A stretch of DNA of 64,000 bases from Nitrososphaeria archaeon. Lineage in GTDB: Archaea > Thermoproteota > Nitrososphaeria > Geothermarchaeales > JDFR-13. The stretch is taken from the NCBI GenBank assembly GCA_027078545.1, contig JALWXN010000004.1:672001-736000 (forward strand), given 5' to 3'. The notes under the pieces were generated by a model that was not told the origin of the DNA, did not search any database, and saw nothing but the letters and a program-made list of their open reading frames with translations. Both the position numbers and the translations under genes were made by a program. Positions 50,617 to 60,181 of this stretch are shown piece by piece. Every line of letters begins with the position of its first letter. The stretch's first letter is position 1.

Positions 50617-50701
50617 GATACACCACTCCCTGGGCCCATGGCGTTGATACGGATGATTAGTAATTAAATCATCCCCTGGGCATGGTTTAGAAAACATATA
50701 C

Positions 50702-50717
50702 TCCAAAGGTCTTAGGG
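50702..50717. promoter_or_regulatory. Operator variant TCCAAA-ggtc-TTAGGG upstream of the heme-copper operon
   Basis: One mismatch to the CCTAA-N4-TTAGG core; 52 nt before ATG, versus 51 nt at nosZ. Confidence 0.55.
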
Positions 50718-50769
50718 ATATACCATATATACAGATAGGGAGGAAGTATATACATGCGGGGGGTTCGAG

Positions 50770-51330
50770 ATGGAGGTCCAATGGGCCGTCGAGATGTTCT
50801 ACTACAGCCTCATAACGACCTACACCATAGTCATCCTACTATTCATCTACAAGACCCGTAAACCCCCCAAGATATCGACCGACGGCGGAGTCCACCAGGG
50901 GATGGATAGGCGGGAGAAGATATGGATGTACAGCCTGATAACAGTGGCAATAATAGGCAACATAATCTTCTTTAGTCCACTCATACCATCGATGCAGTAC
51001 AACATCTACCTTGACGAGGAGCCTGTGAAGACAATCGTGATAAGGATGGAGGACCATAGATTCATCCTGCCTGAGGAGCCTATAGTCATACCCCTGGGCG
51101 AGCCTGTGGAGTTCAAGGTGTATAGCGAGGATCTTACCTATGGCTTCGGGGTCTTCAGGGAGGATGGTATGCTAGTCTTCCAGATGCAGGTCGTGCCCGG
51201 CTATGAGAATAGGCTGGTCTGGATATTCACCGAGCCTGGCAACTACACGATCAGGAGTACTGAGTACAGTGGGCCGGAGCATCCCTACATGTATATCGAG
51301 GACGCGATAGTCGTGGAGGAGGTGGGTTAG
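50770..51330 (+). CDS. Heme-copper superfamily subunit II lacking CuA ligands (gNOR-type)
   Basis: 2 TM plus cupredoxin; DLTYGF replaces DV.HGF; STEYSGPEH replaces CxExCG.GH. Confidence 0.8.
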   Translation: MEVQWAVEMFYYSLITTYTIVILLFIYKTRKPPKISTDGGVHQGMDRREKIWMYSLITVAIIGNIIFFSPLIPSMQYNIYLDEEPVKTIVIRMEDHRFILPEEPIVIPLGEPVEFKVYSEDLTYGFGVFREDGMLVFQMQVVPGYENRLVWIFTEPGNYTIRSTEYSGPEHPYMYIEDAIVVEEVG

Positions 51331-51331
51331 C

Positions 51332-52864
51332 ATGGGGCCTAGGGAGAAGCTAGCCCTTAAATACGTCTTGGCAGGGGTCTTCTGGCTAGGCGTCGCAGGT
51401 ATAGAGGGCATATTAATGAGGCTCAGGATACTTAACCTCCTCACCGAGATCTATACACCTGAGCATTACTACGCCATGATGACTGTCCACCCCTTTGTAG
51501 GCATATATGGCTGGGCCTACATGGCCGTCATGGGTGCCTTCTACTACCTAGTCCCGGTCGTGCTTAAGAAGGATCTCTATAGTGAGTGGGTCGCCAACCT
51601 GGCCTGGTATGTGATGATGGCCGGTGTATTGATAACCTGGCTCTCAGGCTTCCTATTCAGCTATAGCCCCCTATACACGCTCTACTGGCCCCTACCAGTC
51701 GTTGAGTATAACGGTATCCAGCAGATAGTCTTCGGCTTCGGCAGCGCACTCATCTTCATCTCCGTACTCATGTTCTTCTTCAACATGTTCGCCACGATCT
51801 TCCTCCCCCAGAGGGGCGCGGGTGGAGCTGGCTACGTGGCTAAGGAGCTCCTCACACTCGCCTTCAACCTTGATAAGCTGAAGGCTAAGACGAAGGGTAT
51901 TAAGGAGTATCTACCAAGGGTGAATAACTACCCAGTCTTCGTAGTGGGCGTCTTCAGGGGCTGTGTAGACACCACTCTTAACGCTATTGTCCTACTACTA
52001 GTATCCCTCACGATAGGTGTCTATGGGATAACGGAGGTTCTGGGCAACGAGCTGAGCCCCAGCCTTATAGACCCGCTTATCTATAAGAACGTCTTCTGGT
52101 GGGGCCTCGACCTCATAGCGGATGGCAACGTCCTCATCTTCACAGCGGCAACCTGGTACTTCCTGGTCCCACTACTTACTAACCAGCCACTATTCGGGGA
52201 GAACGTGGTTAGGAGCGTGATCCTGGCCGACCTCGTGATAAGCCTCTTCGTCTGGAACCACCACATGATGAGTGATACTCCACAGCCACTATTCCTACTC
52301 GTCCAGGGCCAGATATTCACATGGGGTGAGTTGATAACCATGGGGCTAACCATGTTCGCCGTGCTGATGACGATCTGGAGGGCTAGGCCGGTAGAGTATA
52401 GCCCAGCCCTACTGGCGATAGTCCTCTCGATCCTCGGCTACGCCATGGGTGGCTCGGCAGGTATGATACAGGCCAACATAGCTATGAACAGGTATTTCCA
52501 CAATACCCAGTGGGTCATAGGTATACATGGCCATATCCAGCTACTGGCTGGTCTTAGCCTAACGATCTTCGCGGCGATCTACGCACTAGCCCCGATCCTC
52601 ACTGGTAAGGAGATGGATAGGAGGCTGTCATACCTACACATTGTCCTCTTCTTCGTGGGGGCTGTGGTGATGGGTCTGAGTCAGGGAGCGGCTGGGGCCG
52701 CTGGTATGCTTAGGAGGACGCTGTACTTCAACGGTGAGTACGCTGGATACATGACTGTTGCCGCCATCGGGTCCTTCCTAATGGCGGTAGGCTTCCTAAT
52801 ATTCCTATACAACTTCGTCAAGACCTACGGCTTCAAGAGTGTGATAGAGGTTCTAAAGCCATAG
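51332..52864 (+). CDS. Heme-copper superfamily subunit I, putative gNOR-type nitric-oxide reductase
   Basis: About 12 TM; MTVH, WNHH, IHGH ligands kept; helix VI reads FWWGLDLIADG instead of FW..GHP.VY. Confidence 0.75.
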   Translation: MGPREKLALKYVLAGVFWLGVAGIEGILMRLRILNLLTEIYTPEHYYAMMTVHPFVGIYGWAYMAVMGAFYYLVPVVLKKDLYSEWVANLAWYVMMAGVLITWLSGFLFSYSPLYTLYWPLPVVEYNGIQQIVFGFGSALIFISVLMFFFNMFATIFLPQRGAGGAGYVAKELLTLAFNLDKLKAKTKGIKEYLPRVNNYPVFVVGVFRGCVDTTLNAIVLLLVSLTIGVYGITEVLGNELSPSLIDPLIYKNVFWWGLDLIADGNVLIFTAATWYFLVPLLTNQPLFGENVVRSVILADLVISLFVWNHHMMSDTPQPLFLLVQGQIFTWGELITMGLTMFAVLMTIWRARPVEYSPALLAIVLSILGYAMGGSAGMIQANIAMNRYFHNTQWVIGIHGHIQLLAGLSLTIFAAIYALAPILTGKEMDRRLSYLHIVLFFVGAVVMGLSQGAAGAAGMLRRTLYFNGEYAGYMTVAAIGSFLMAVGFLIFLYNFVKTYGFKSVIEVLKP

Positions 52865-52955
52865 CCTCCCACCCCTACCCATTTTTTATCACATGTATTA
52901 TCGGGTATCGAGCCCCCTTTATTCCCCACCTCTATAGAGATATGTATATGAGCCT

Positions 52956-53555
52956 GTGATGAGTATATCCGAGGTCTCGATAGATATTGCTAGGAGCAGG
53001 TGTAGGCTCTACAGGAAGTATGGGAGCCGTATAAAGATCCTGTCGATCACGAATAATGGGGAGCGTATCATCCACCTCGTCACATGTCCAAAGGACCTGG
53101 TGGGTAATATCAGGGATGAGGAGGATCTCAAGGTACTGGGTCTAAACCTCGTCGATAACGAGGCGAGTGTATGGTGCCTATCCAGGGGCTGCGATGTATG
53201 TAAGCCGCTTGTGGATGAGGGCTGTATAATCCTGGATGGCTATATAGGGCAGGACGGCTCGATGAACATAACCTTCCTATCCCCCAGCGACAAGACTACT
53301 GAGAAGATCTTCAGGATCTATAGGGAGCTGGGTATCGAGTATGAGGTGAGGTATACGAGGAGGTATGGGAAGAGTAGGATACTGACCGATAGGCAGGAGC
53401 AGGTCCTATACCTGGCGTATAAAATGGGGTTCTTCGACTTCCCCAGGAAGACCTCGCTGAAGGAGCTGAGTGAGATACTGGGTATTAAGGAGGCGACCCT
53501 CAGCGAGATCCTGAGGAGGGGTGTGAAGAAGGTTATCCAGGAATACTTCAAATAG
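52956..53555 (+). CDS. Bat/NarO/DmsR-like HTH_10 transcriptional regulator with Cys-rich N-domain
   Basis: LTDRQ..L..AY.MGFFDFPR..L.EL...LGI...TLSE.LRR; six Cys in the N-terminal half. Confidence 0.85.
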   Translation: MMSISEVSIDIARSRCRLYRKYGSRIKILSITNNGERIIHLVTCPKDLVGNIRDEEDLKVLGLNLVDNEASVWCLSRGCDVCKPLVDEGCIILDGYIGQDGSMNITFLSPSDKTTEKIFRIYRELGIEYEVRYTRRYGKSRILTDRQEQVLYLAYKMGFFDFPRKTSLKELSEILGIKEATLSEILRRGVKKVIQEYFK

Positions 53556-53653
53556 GCTCTACAGAGAATCTATAAAGTTTTAACTATTGCCACTCCTCCC
53601 CAGGATGTATAAACAGTCTGGTTAAATATTATGGCCCCCACTTATCTCGGCTC

Positions 53654-54211
53654 ATGAGCCGGGGAGATGGGCTTAGGTATGGACTCCTAGCCAGCATAGC
53701 AGCCTTCATAATTATCGAGTACCTCTTGATACAGGTCTTCCTATACGGTGTCTACACCCCCTATGCCTGGCCAAACATAATACTCATCTCGAGCCTCATA
53801 CCCATAGGGCTTGTAGCCTATATAGGCTATCTATCCTGGCTGGTTGAGGGTAGGGATGTGTTTAAATACGCCAGTGCACTGGCCCTCCTGCTTGGCTCGG
53901 CCTCCATCGCCACTGGCTATATGGGGGAGCCGGTATCCCTATACCTCCTCTTCACCGCATACTTCACCGAGGTTGTCGTCGGGCCCTTCCTCATGAGGGG
54001 GTTCGAGACCTATGACTGGCTAGGTGCCAGGCTCTTCCTGGTCGGTATCATGGGCTTCGTCCTCAGCCTCCCACTGGTCTCACTGGCGAACGAGTTTGCC
54101 CTTGTACCCTTCGCCGCCAACCTGTTGAAGGGATATGGACTCATAAGGATCTATCTAAAGGCTGTTGAGAAGCCTATACCTGTTGAGGAGGCGGTCGAGG
54201 CGGTTGCCTAG
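53654..54211 (+). CDS. Hypothetical multi-TM membrane protein
   Basis: About 6 hydrophobic segments; host-like codon usage. Confidence 0.7.
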   Translation: MSRGDGLRYGLLASIAAFIIIEYLLIQVFLYGVYTPYAWPNIILISSLIPIGLVAYIGYLSWLVEGRDVFKYASALALLLGSASIATGYMGEPVSLYLLFTAYFTEVVVGPFLMRGFETYDWLGARLFLVGIMGFVLSLPLVSLANEFALVPFAANLLKGYGLIRIYLKAVEKPIPVEEAVEAVA

Positions 54212-55053
54212 TGGTGTAGGCTGGCCTCCAACATACCCGTCTTCCTGACCAACCTCTCCACCAGCCTGAAGTATAGGTATGTTATGACTATCGTGGCTAG
54301 GGTCTTGATCACGAGCAGTGTCCATAGACCCCCTATATCCCCGGGTATGTAGCTGGGGTTTAGGTAGTGCCTCATAAGCTCCATCCACTCAACCATTGGG
54401 AAGATGTGTGCCAGGGGCTGTAGCCAGGGCGGGAGTGCAGATACTGGGTATAGCACGGCTCCTAGGAGGAATAGTAGGCCTCCGAAGGACTCGCTTATGA
54501 CTGGACCATACTCGGAGCTGTAGATGCTTAGGCCCGCCACTACTACCCCTATCTGGCTGCTCCAGGCGATGCCTATGAGGAGTAGGATGGCTATGTTGGG
54601 GAGTGTGTCGAGGCTCCCAAGCATTGGGTATCCTATAAGTAGCATTCCCAGCCCCAGCATTGCTAGGGAAGTGGCTAGTCCGACGAGGTAGTGGTATAGC
54701 CCGCGGGAGGTGAGGTATAGCTGTAGGTCTGGGAATGCTAAGTAGGTGTATTTCAGGGTTCTGAAGTGCTCCCTCTCACTATGGATCGTCCATATCACCC
54801 CGTATAGGCCGGAGCCTATATAGTTGAAGAGGGCTATCCCAGAGACCATGTAGAAGGCCGCCTCTGGACTGGTTATCCCTGATAGGTGGGCCACAGCTAT
54901 GTAGATATAGCCGTATAGAGCCACCTGGAACACGGGGTTTATAAAGATGTAGAGGAGGTATACGGGGAGGCTGGTCCAGTTACTCTGCTCCTTAAAGGTC
55001 AGCCATACGACGGCCAACATCCTCCTTATAATCCCCCACATAGCTATAGCCAC
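54208..55053 (-). CDS. ABC-2 permease
   Basis: 6 TM, LLGAVLYPV..LP. Confidence 0.85.
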   Translation of the reverse strand: MAIAMWGIIRRMLAVVWLTFKEQSNWTSLPVYLLYIFINPVFQVALYGYIYIAVAHLSGITSPEAAFYMVSGIALFNYIGSGLYGVIWTIHSEREHFRTLKYTYLAFPDLQLYLTSRGLYHYLVGLATSLAMLGLGMLLIGYPMLGSLDTLPNIAILLLIGIAWSSQIGVVVAGLSIYSSEYGPVISESFGGLLFLLGAVLYPVSALPPWLQPLAHIFPMVEWMELMRHYLNPSYIPGDIGGLWTLLVIKTLATIVITYLYFRLVERLVRKTGMLEASLHH

Positions 55054-55865
55054 CTCATGATAAGCCTCCCATCCCTCCTCCCCTTCTCAACCATCCTATT
55101 CAGTATCCATATGCCGAGTGGGAGGAGGATAAGGGTCATTATCCCCAGGCCGGCTAGATGGATATATAGGTTCTCCATTCCCTCTCCAAGGAGTAGGGCC
55201 CTCCTGACACCGTCTAGACCTATGGTGAGTGGTAGTAGGGATGCCACTGCCTGGAGCAGGGTTGGGAAGACGGATATCGGGTAGTACTGGCCGGATAGAA
55301 AGCTTATGGGGTCGCCCAACACCTCGTTTATCCTTATCCCCTTCCTCCCATATACCAGGTGCAGGCTTGAGAACATTAGGCCGAGGCTGTATAGAGCTGC
55401 TAGAGTGAGCAGGAAGACGAGTGTGGCTGGGAGGAGGCCAGCAGCATTGAACTCGGCTCCGAATACGAGTATCCCGATCAGCAGTATGGCTAGGCTCCTA
55501 ATACCAGTGTTTAGCATACCGCCTAGCGCCATACCCAGTAGGAGCATGTAGATCGGCCTATTGCTAAGTAGATATACCTCTAGGTTACCAGTCTCCTTCT
55601 CCCAGTATAGTACGTTGCCCATACCCCAGAGCACGTTGAACCAGAAGTTCATCATCATCGTGCCGACCACGACGAAGCCGATGAATATTCGGGGTGCGTC
55701 GAGGTTGTGGTACGCGTATATCACGCTGGCCATGAATATCGTTGGTAGGACAACCTCCCACAGGAGCCATGTCTTCACCCTCATGTTCCCCCTGATCCTC
55801 ACCCATGCCCTTGCATAGGCTGGTCTCAGGGCATCAAGTATCCTACTCATCAAGCCCCCTCCCAA
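55044..55865 (-). CDS. ABC-2 permease
   Basis: EKETGNLE, LSGQYYPI, PLT. Confidence 0.85.
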   Translation of the reverse strand: MGGGLMSRILDALRPAYARAWVRIRGNMRVKTWLLWEVVLPTIFMASVIYAYHNLDAPRIFIGFVVVGTMMMNFWFNVLWGMGNVLYWEKETGNLEVYLLSNRPIYMLLLGMALGGMLNTGIRSLAILLIGILVFGAEFNAAGLLPATLVFLLTLAALYSLGLMFSSLHLVYGRKGIRINEVLGDPISFLSGQYYPISVFPTLLQAVASLLPLTIGLDGVRRALLLGEGMENLYIHLAGLGIMTLILLPLGIWILNRMVEKGRRDGRLIMRWL

Positions 55866-56847
55866 CCAGCTTTAGGAAGACGTCCTCCAGACTGATCTCA
55901 TCCCTCACGATCCTCCTAACCCTATACATCTTCCTCTCTAGGAGGCTGATCACCCTGGAGATGTCTTCATAAGCCATTATGATCCTAAGCCTAGCCTCTC
56001 CAGGTACGTTGCTCAGCCTTACCTTGTAGCCGATTACGCTGTCGAGCTCCCTCAGAAAGTCTAGGTTTCCATTACTCCCCTGTAGGGTCAGTTCATATAT
56101 TACGTGGCTACTGACCCTCTCCTTCAACTCCTCGACAGTTCCCTCCTCAATTATTCTGCCCCGATGTATGATCGCTACCCTGTCACACAGCTCCTCCACC
56201 TCGTGCATATAGTGGCTGGTCAGTAGGATAGTCTCTATATACCCCTCGTCCACCAGGCGTCTGATCAGCCTCCTTATAGACCTAGCGTTCTCAACATCGA
56301 GGCCTAGGGTCGGCTCATCTAGGAAGAGTATCCTCGGATTGTTTAGGAGTCCCCTGGCGAGGCTATATTTTTGAACCATCCCCGTGGAGAGCTCGTTGAG
56401 CCTCTTATTCATAAACTCGTCCAGTCCTATCAGCTGGGAGACCTCCTCCACCCTCCTCTCCGCCTCTCTCCGGCTATAGCCGTATAGCATAGCATAGTAG
56501 ATCAGGTTCTCTCTAGTAGTGAGTATCCCGTAGCCCGGCCTCTCACCACCCGAGACAAGGTTTATTATACTCCTGACCTTGGACGCCTCTCTAACTACGT
56601 GGTATCCACCTACATATGCGTCTCCCGAGGTGGGTAGTAGGAGTGTGGATAGGATCCTTATCAACGTTGTCTTCCCCGCCCCGTTGGGGCCGAGTAGGCC
56701 ATATATCATCCCGCTGGGTATCTCCAGGTTGACCCCGTCGAGGGCCCTGAAGACACCCTTACTCGTCTTGAACTCCCTGACGAGGTCTATCGTCTTTATA
56801 GCCGTCTCCAAGGGGCTCCACCAATATATAGTGGCTATGGAGGCCAT
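55843..56847 (-). CDS. ABC transporter ATP-binding protein
   Basis: GPNGAGKT, LSTGM, DEPT. Confidence 0.9.
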   Translation of the reverse strand: MASIATIYWWSPLETAIKTIDLVREFKTSKGVFRALDGVNLEIPSGMIYGLLGPNGAGKTTLIRILSTLLLPTSGDAYVGGYHVVREASKVRSIINLVSGGERPGYGILTTRENLIYYAMLYGYSRREAERRVEEVSQLIGLDEFMNKRLNELSTGMVQKYSLARGLLNNPRILFLDEPTLGLDVENARSIRRLIRRLVDEGYIETILLTSHYMHEVEELCDRVAIIHRGRIIEEGTVEELKERVSSHVIYELTLQGSNGNLDFLRELDSVIGYKVRLSNVPGEARLRIIMAYEDISRVISLLERKMYRVRRIVRDEISLEDVFLKLVGRGLDE

Positions 56848-56865
56848 GCTTGATTAATATATGGT

Positions 56866-57630
56866 CTATCCACCCCTCATCTCTGGTGGGTATAGGTCTC
56901 TGTAGAGGCATTTATCAGGCTCTATCACCAGGTCGCGCCATGTCCCCTCTCCCAGTATGTCTAGTCCCCTTACCAGTGCCCCGGGCCTCGACTCGCTCCC
57001 CTCACCCATGACTAGGTGTGCCGCCGAGGCTATCTCATCCGCCAGGTTTAGGACTGTGTACTCTATCCTCCGGCCATACATGTCCTTCTCGCCCCTATAG
57101 TCCCTCAGGGGCTTGATCCCGGCTATATCCACTGCGTATGCCCTGGTACCCATCCTGAGGGGGTATACTACGCTGTCCGTTATAACAACGCCTATCTCGA
57201 CCTCCAGCCTATGCATAACCACATTCCTAATCTCGTTGGCCACCCCCCTTAGTAGGTGTGGCGGTAGGGCGGCCCTCCCATGCCCAATGTTCTTCCTATC
57301 TATCCCCGCGTTGGCCGTCAATACGCCGCCTGTATAGGTCAGTATGACTCCCTCCACGCCTCCTAGTATGGCGTCGGAGTATTCAGTGACTAGCTGGGCC
57401 ATCCTTGGGTCTACACGGTATTCCTCGGCGAGCATTATGGCATATTTACTTAGTAGCACCTTGTTCAGCTCTACATACATCTCCCTAGCCATTAGGAGGG
57501 GTTTCGAGGCCAGTACAAGTATGTCTCCATCCTGTATCATTGTCCTGAGCCTATCCACAAGCTTGTCGAGGAACTCTCTCCACCCAGGCTCTACACGCAT
57601 CTCGATGGGTATGATGCTTATCCCATCCAT
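56866..57630 (-). CDS. cofE: Coenzyme F420:gamma-glutamyl ligase family protein
   Basis: DGDILVLASK, ANAGID..N, VVITDS, D.RG..D.YG, ADEIASAAHLVMGE. Confidence 0.82.
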   Translation of the reverse strand: MDGISIIPIEMRVEPGWREFLDKLVDRLRTMIQDGDILVLASKPLLMAREMYVELNKVLLSKYAIMLAEEYRVDPRMAQLVTEYSDAILGGVEGVILTYTGGVLTANAGIDRKNIGHGRAALPPHLLRGVANEIRNVVMHRLEVEIGVVITDSVVYPLRMGTRAYAVDIAGIKPLRDYRGEKDMYGRRIEYTVLNLADEIASAAHLVMGEGSESRPGALVRGLDILGEGTWRDLVIEPDKCLYRDLYPPEMRGG

Positions 57631-57743
57631 CCCATTGCACCGGATACTGGATTGGTCGTCGCCACATTATATGTTATATACGGCGGCCAGAAATCGTATT
57701 ATAAATCTTCTCTTGACTTGGGCATGGATATGGGTGTCTAGGG

Positions 57744-59012
57744 ATGGGGGATAGGTTCGACGTAGTGGTGATCGGGGCGGGGCCGGCTGGCTCCTCAGCA
57801 GCATACAACCTTGCGAAGAGGGGCTTCAAGGTCGCCCTGATAGAGAGGGGGCGGAAGCCCGGCTCCAAGAACATGTTTGGGGGGCGTGTATATGCAAAGC
57901 CCCTGGAGGAGGCCTTCGACGGCCTGGATAAGGCGCCTATCCATAGGTGGGTGGTGAAGGAGCGGCTATCGATAGTGAATGGGGAGGAGTACGTCACCCT
58001 CGAGTATAGTGGTAGTGGGGGGAAGAGCTTCACCACATACCTGACCGACCTCACAGACTGGATGGCCAGCAAGGCGGTCGATGCTGGTGCAACCCTGATC
58101 ACAGAGGTGGTCGTGGATAGGCTCCTGATTAGGGATGGACGCGTCGCAGGGATCGTCTCAGGCAGTGACGAGCTGGAGGCTGATGTGGTGGTCGATGCCG
58201 AGGGGGTTAATAGGCTCGTGCTCGAGAAGAGCGGCCTCGTTGAGAGGCTTACACCTAGGCATGTAGCCCTCGGTGTGAAGGAGGTGATCAAGGTTGAGAA
58301 GGGGGATATCGAGAAATTCTTCGGCCTCGGTGAGGATGAGGGCCTCGCCTGGGTATTCATGGGTAGTGTGAGCGACGGCCTCCCCGGGGGCGGCTTCTTC
58401 TACACGAATAGGGATAGCCTGAGCCTAGGCCTAGTAATCTATCTCGAGAAGGCTGTGGAGGGGATGAAGCGGCATATCTACGACATGGTGGAGGATCTTA
58501 GGATAGGCCCCCTATTCAGCAAGTATGTTGAGAATGGTAGGGTGATGGAGTACTCGGCCCACATGATACCAGCCGATCCAAGGGCTATCAGGCCTCCACG
58601 CCTGGTCTGGGACGGCCTCCTAGTTACCGGTGACGCCGCCGGCCTACTCATAAACATGGGCTATACCTACCGCGGAGTCGATACAGCCGCCTATTCAGGC
58701 ATGTTGGCCGCCAAGGCTATTGAGGAGGCGGAGGGGGATTACAGCGCCTCCAGCCTAAAAAGGTATGAGGAGATGCTTATGAAGAGCTATGTGGGACGTG
58801 ACCTAGAGAAGTTCAAGGGTGTCCACGACCTATACATGAACCCGAGGCTCTTCAAGGAGTACCCCATCCTCCTAACCGGCCTCCTCAGGAGGCTATACGA
58901 GTTCGACTATGGTGGGTATAGGCTATCCGAGGCCTTCTCCGAGGCTAGGAGAGGCCTTGTGAGCCTACCCCGTATAATACTCGACCTCTTGGAGGTGTAT
59001 AGGAAGCTATGA
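57744..59012 (+). CDS. fixC: ETF-quinone oxidoreductase FixC/EtfC
   Basis: GAGPAG, PGSKNMFGG, GGGFFYTN, EYSAH.IP, GDAAG. Confidence 0.92.
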   Translation: MGDRFDVVVIGAGPAGSSAAYNLAKRGFKVALIERGRKPGSKNMFGGRVYAKPLEEAFDGLDKAPIHRWVVKERLSIVNGEEYVTLEYSGSGGKSFTTYLTDLTDWMASKAVDAGATLITEVVVDRLLIRDGRVAGIVSGSDELEADVVVDAEGVNRLVLEKSGLVERLTPRHVALGVKEVIKVEKGDIEKFFGLGEDEGLAWVFMGSVSDGLPGGGFFYTNRDSLSLGLVIYLEKAVEGMKRHIYDMVEDLRIGPLFSKYVENGRVMEYSAHMIPADPRAIRPPRLVWDGLLVTGDAAGLLINMGYTYRGVDTAAYSGMLAAKAIEEAEGDYSASSLKRYEEMLMKSYVGRDLEKFKGVHDLYMNPRLFKEYPILLTGLLRRLYEFDYGGYRLSEAFSEARRGLVSLPRIILDLLEVYRKL

Positions 59013-59317
59013 GTAGCCAGGCAGCTGGGGAGAGGAAGAGGAGGAAGATCAGGCTTGAGGATCTCCTGAACAATAATATATGGGACGTCGATCCAAGGCC
59101 ACATATTAGGCTGGACACCTCGAAGTGTAGGGACTGTAACTATAAGCCCTGTGTACTCCTATGCCCCACCGGCTGCTACACGACACATGGTGACGACGTC
59201 CTCTTCAGCTATGAGGGGTGTGTGGAGTGTGGAACCTGTAGGGTGGTATGCCCAGAGGAGGCTATCACCTGGGAATACCCCAGGAGTGGGCGTGGGATAC
59301 ACTTCCGCTTCAGCTAG
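59009..59317 (+). CDS. fixX: Ferredoxin-like FixX/EtfX
   Basis: PHI, C..C..KPC...CP, CVECGTC..C, W.YP.G.G. Confidence 0.92.
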   Translation: MSSQAAGERKRRKIRLEDLLNNNIWDVDPRPHIRLDTSKCRDCNYKPCVLLCPTGCYTTHGDDVLFSYEGCVECGTCRVVCPEEAITWEYPRSGRGIHFRFS

Positions 59318-59386
59318 TATATACCAATCCATCAACCGGGTGGAGAGACAATGATATGGATTAGGGTCTGGGGGAGGTAGTCCGAG

Positions 59387-60181
59387 GTGGGGCTGGACAT
59401 CATAGTCGGTATCAAATACGTCCCCAACACGACGAATGTCAACATCGATCCCAAGACGGGTACACTCGTGAGGGAAGGCGTGCCCAGCGTGGTGAATCCC
59501 CATGACCTCGTGGCTGTGGAGCTGGCCCTACGCCTACGCGACCGCTACGGGGGGAGCGTGACAGCCATATCTATGGCTCCTCCCCACGCAGTTGCTGGTC
59601 TTGAGCATGTCCTAGGCATGGGTGTAGACAGGGCTATACTAGTCTCCGACAGGGTATTCGCGGGGGCTGATACACTGGCGACCTCATATGTACTGGCTAA
59701 GACGATCGAGAGGATTGGGAGGTATGACCTGATAGTCATGGGTCAGGAGACCATCGACAGCTCCACAGGCCATATAGGGGCGCAGGTCGCCTCGTGGCTA
59801 GACCTTCCATACGTCTACTACGCGATAGAGGTTGAGTATACCGGGGACGGCTTCATCGTGACCCGTGAGCTGGAGGATAGGATAGAGAAGTATCGGCTCT
59901 CGAAGCCCGCGTTGATCTCGGCTAAGATGTACTCCCTGGAGCCTAGACAGGTGACGCTTAGGGATAAGCTCAGGGCAGTACTCGAGAGGCCTATTGAGAC
60001 GTGGAGCAATAAGGACCTAGGCCTAGACCCCAACTGTGTAGGGCTGAGGGGGAGCCCAACAATAGTCTCGAAGGTGGAGTTCACGCCGAAGGTCCCCAGG
60101 AAGAACATCATCTTCGAGGGGGATCTCCGGGAAGCCGTTAGGAAGCTTGTCCAGGCCCTGGTCGAGGAGGGGGTGATATAG
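59387..60181 (+). CDS. fixA: Electron transfer flavoprotein beta subunit
   Basis: NPHD, GADTLATS, GQETID..TG, GL.GSPT. Confidence 0.92.
   Translation: MGLDIIVGIKYVPNTTNVNIDPKTGTLVREGVPSVVNPHDLVAVELALRLRDRYGGSVTAISMAPPHAVAGLEHVLGMGVDRAILVSDRVFAGADTLATSYVLAKTIERIGRYDLIVMGQETIDSSTGHIGAQVASWLDLPYVYYAIEVEYTGDGFIVTRELEDRIEKYRLSKPALISAKMYSLEPRQVTLRDKLRAVLERPIETWSNKDLGLDPNCVGLRGSPTIVSKVEFTPKVPRKNIIFEGDLREAVRKLVQALVEEGVI

Noticed and set aside
50770-52864. Annotation as cytochrome c oxidase (coxAB/ba3)
   Set aside because: The helix VI His and Tyr and the CuA cysteines are missing.
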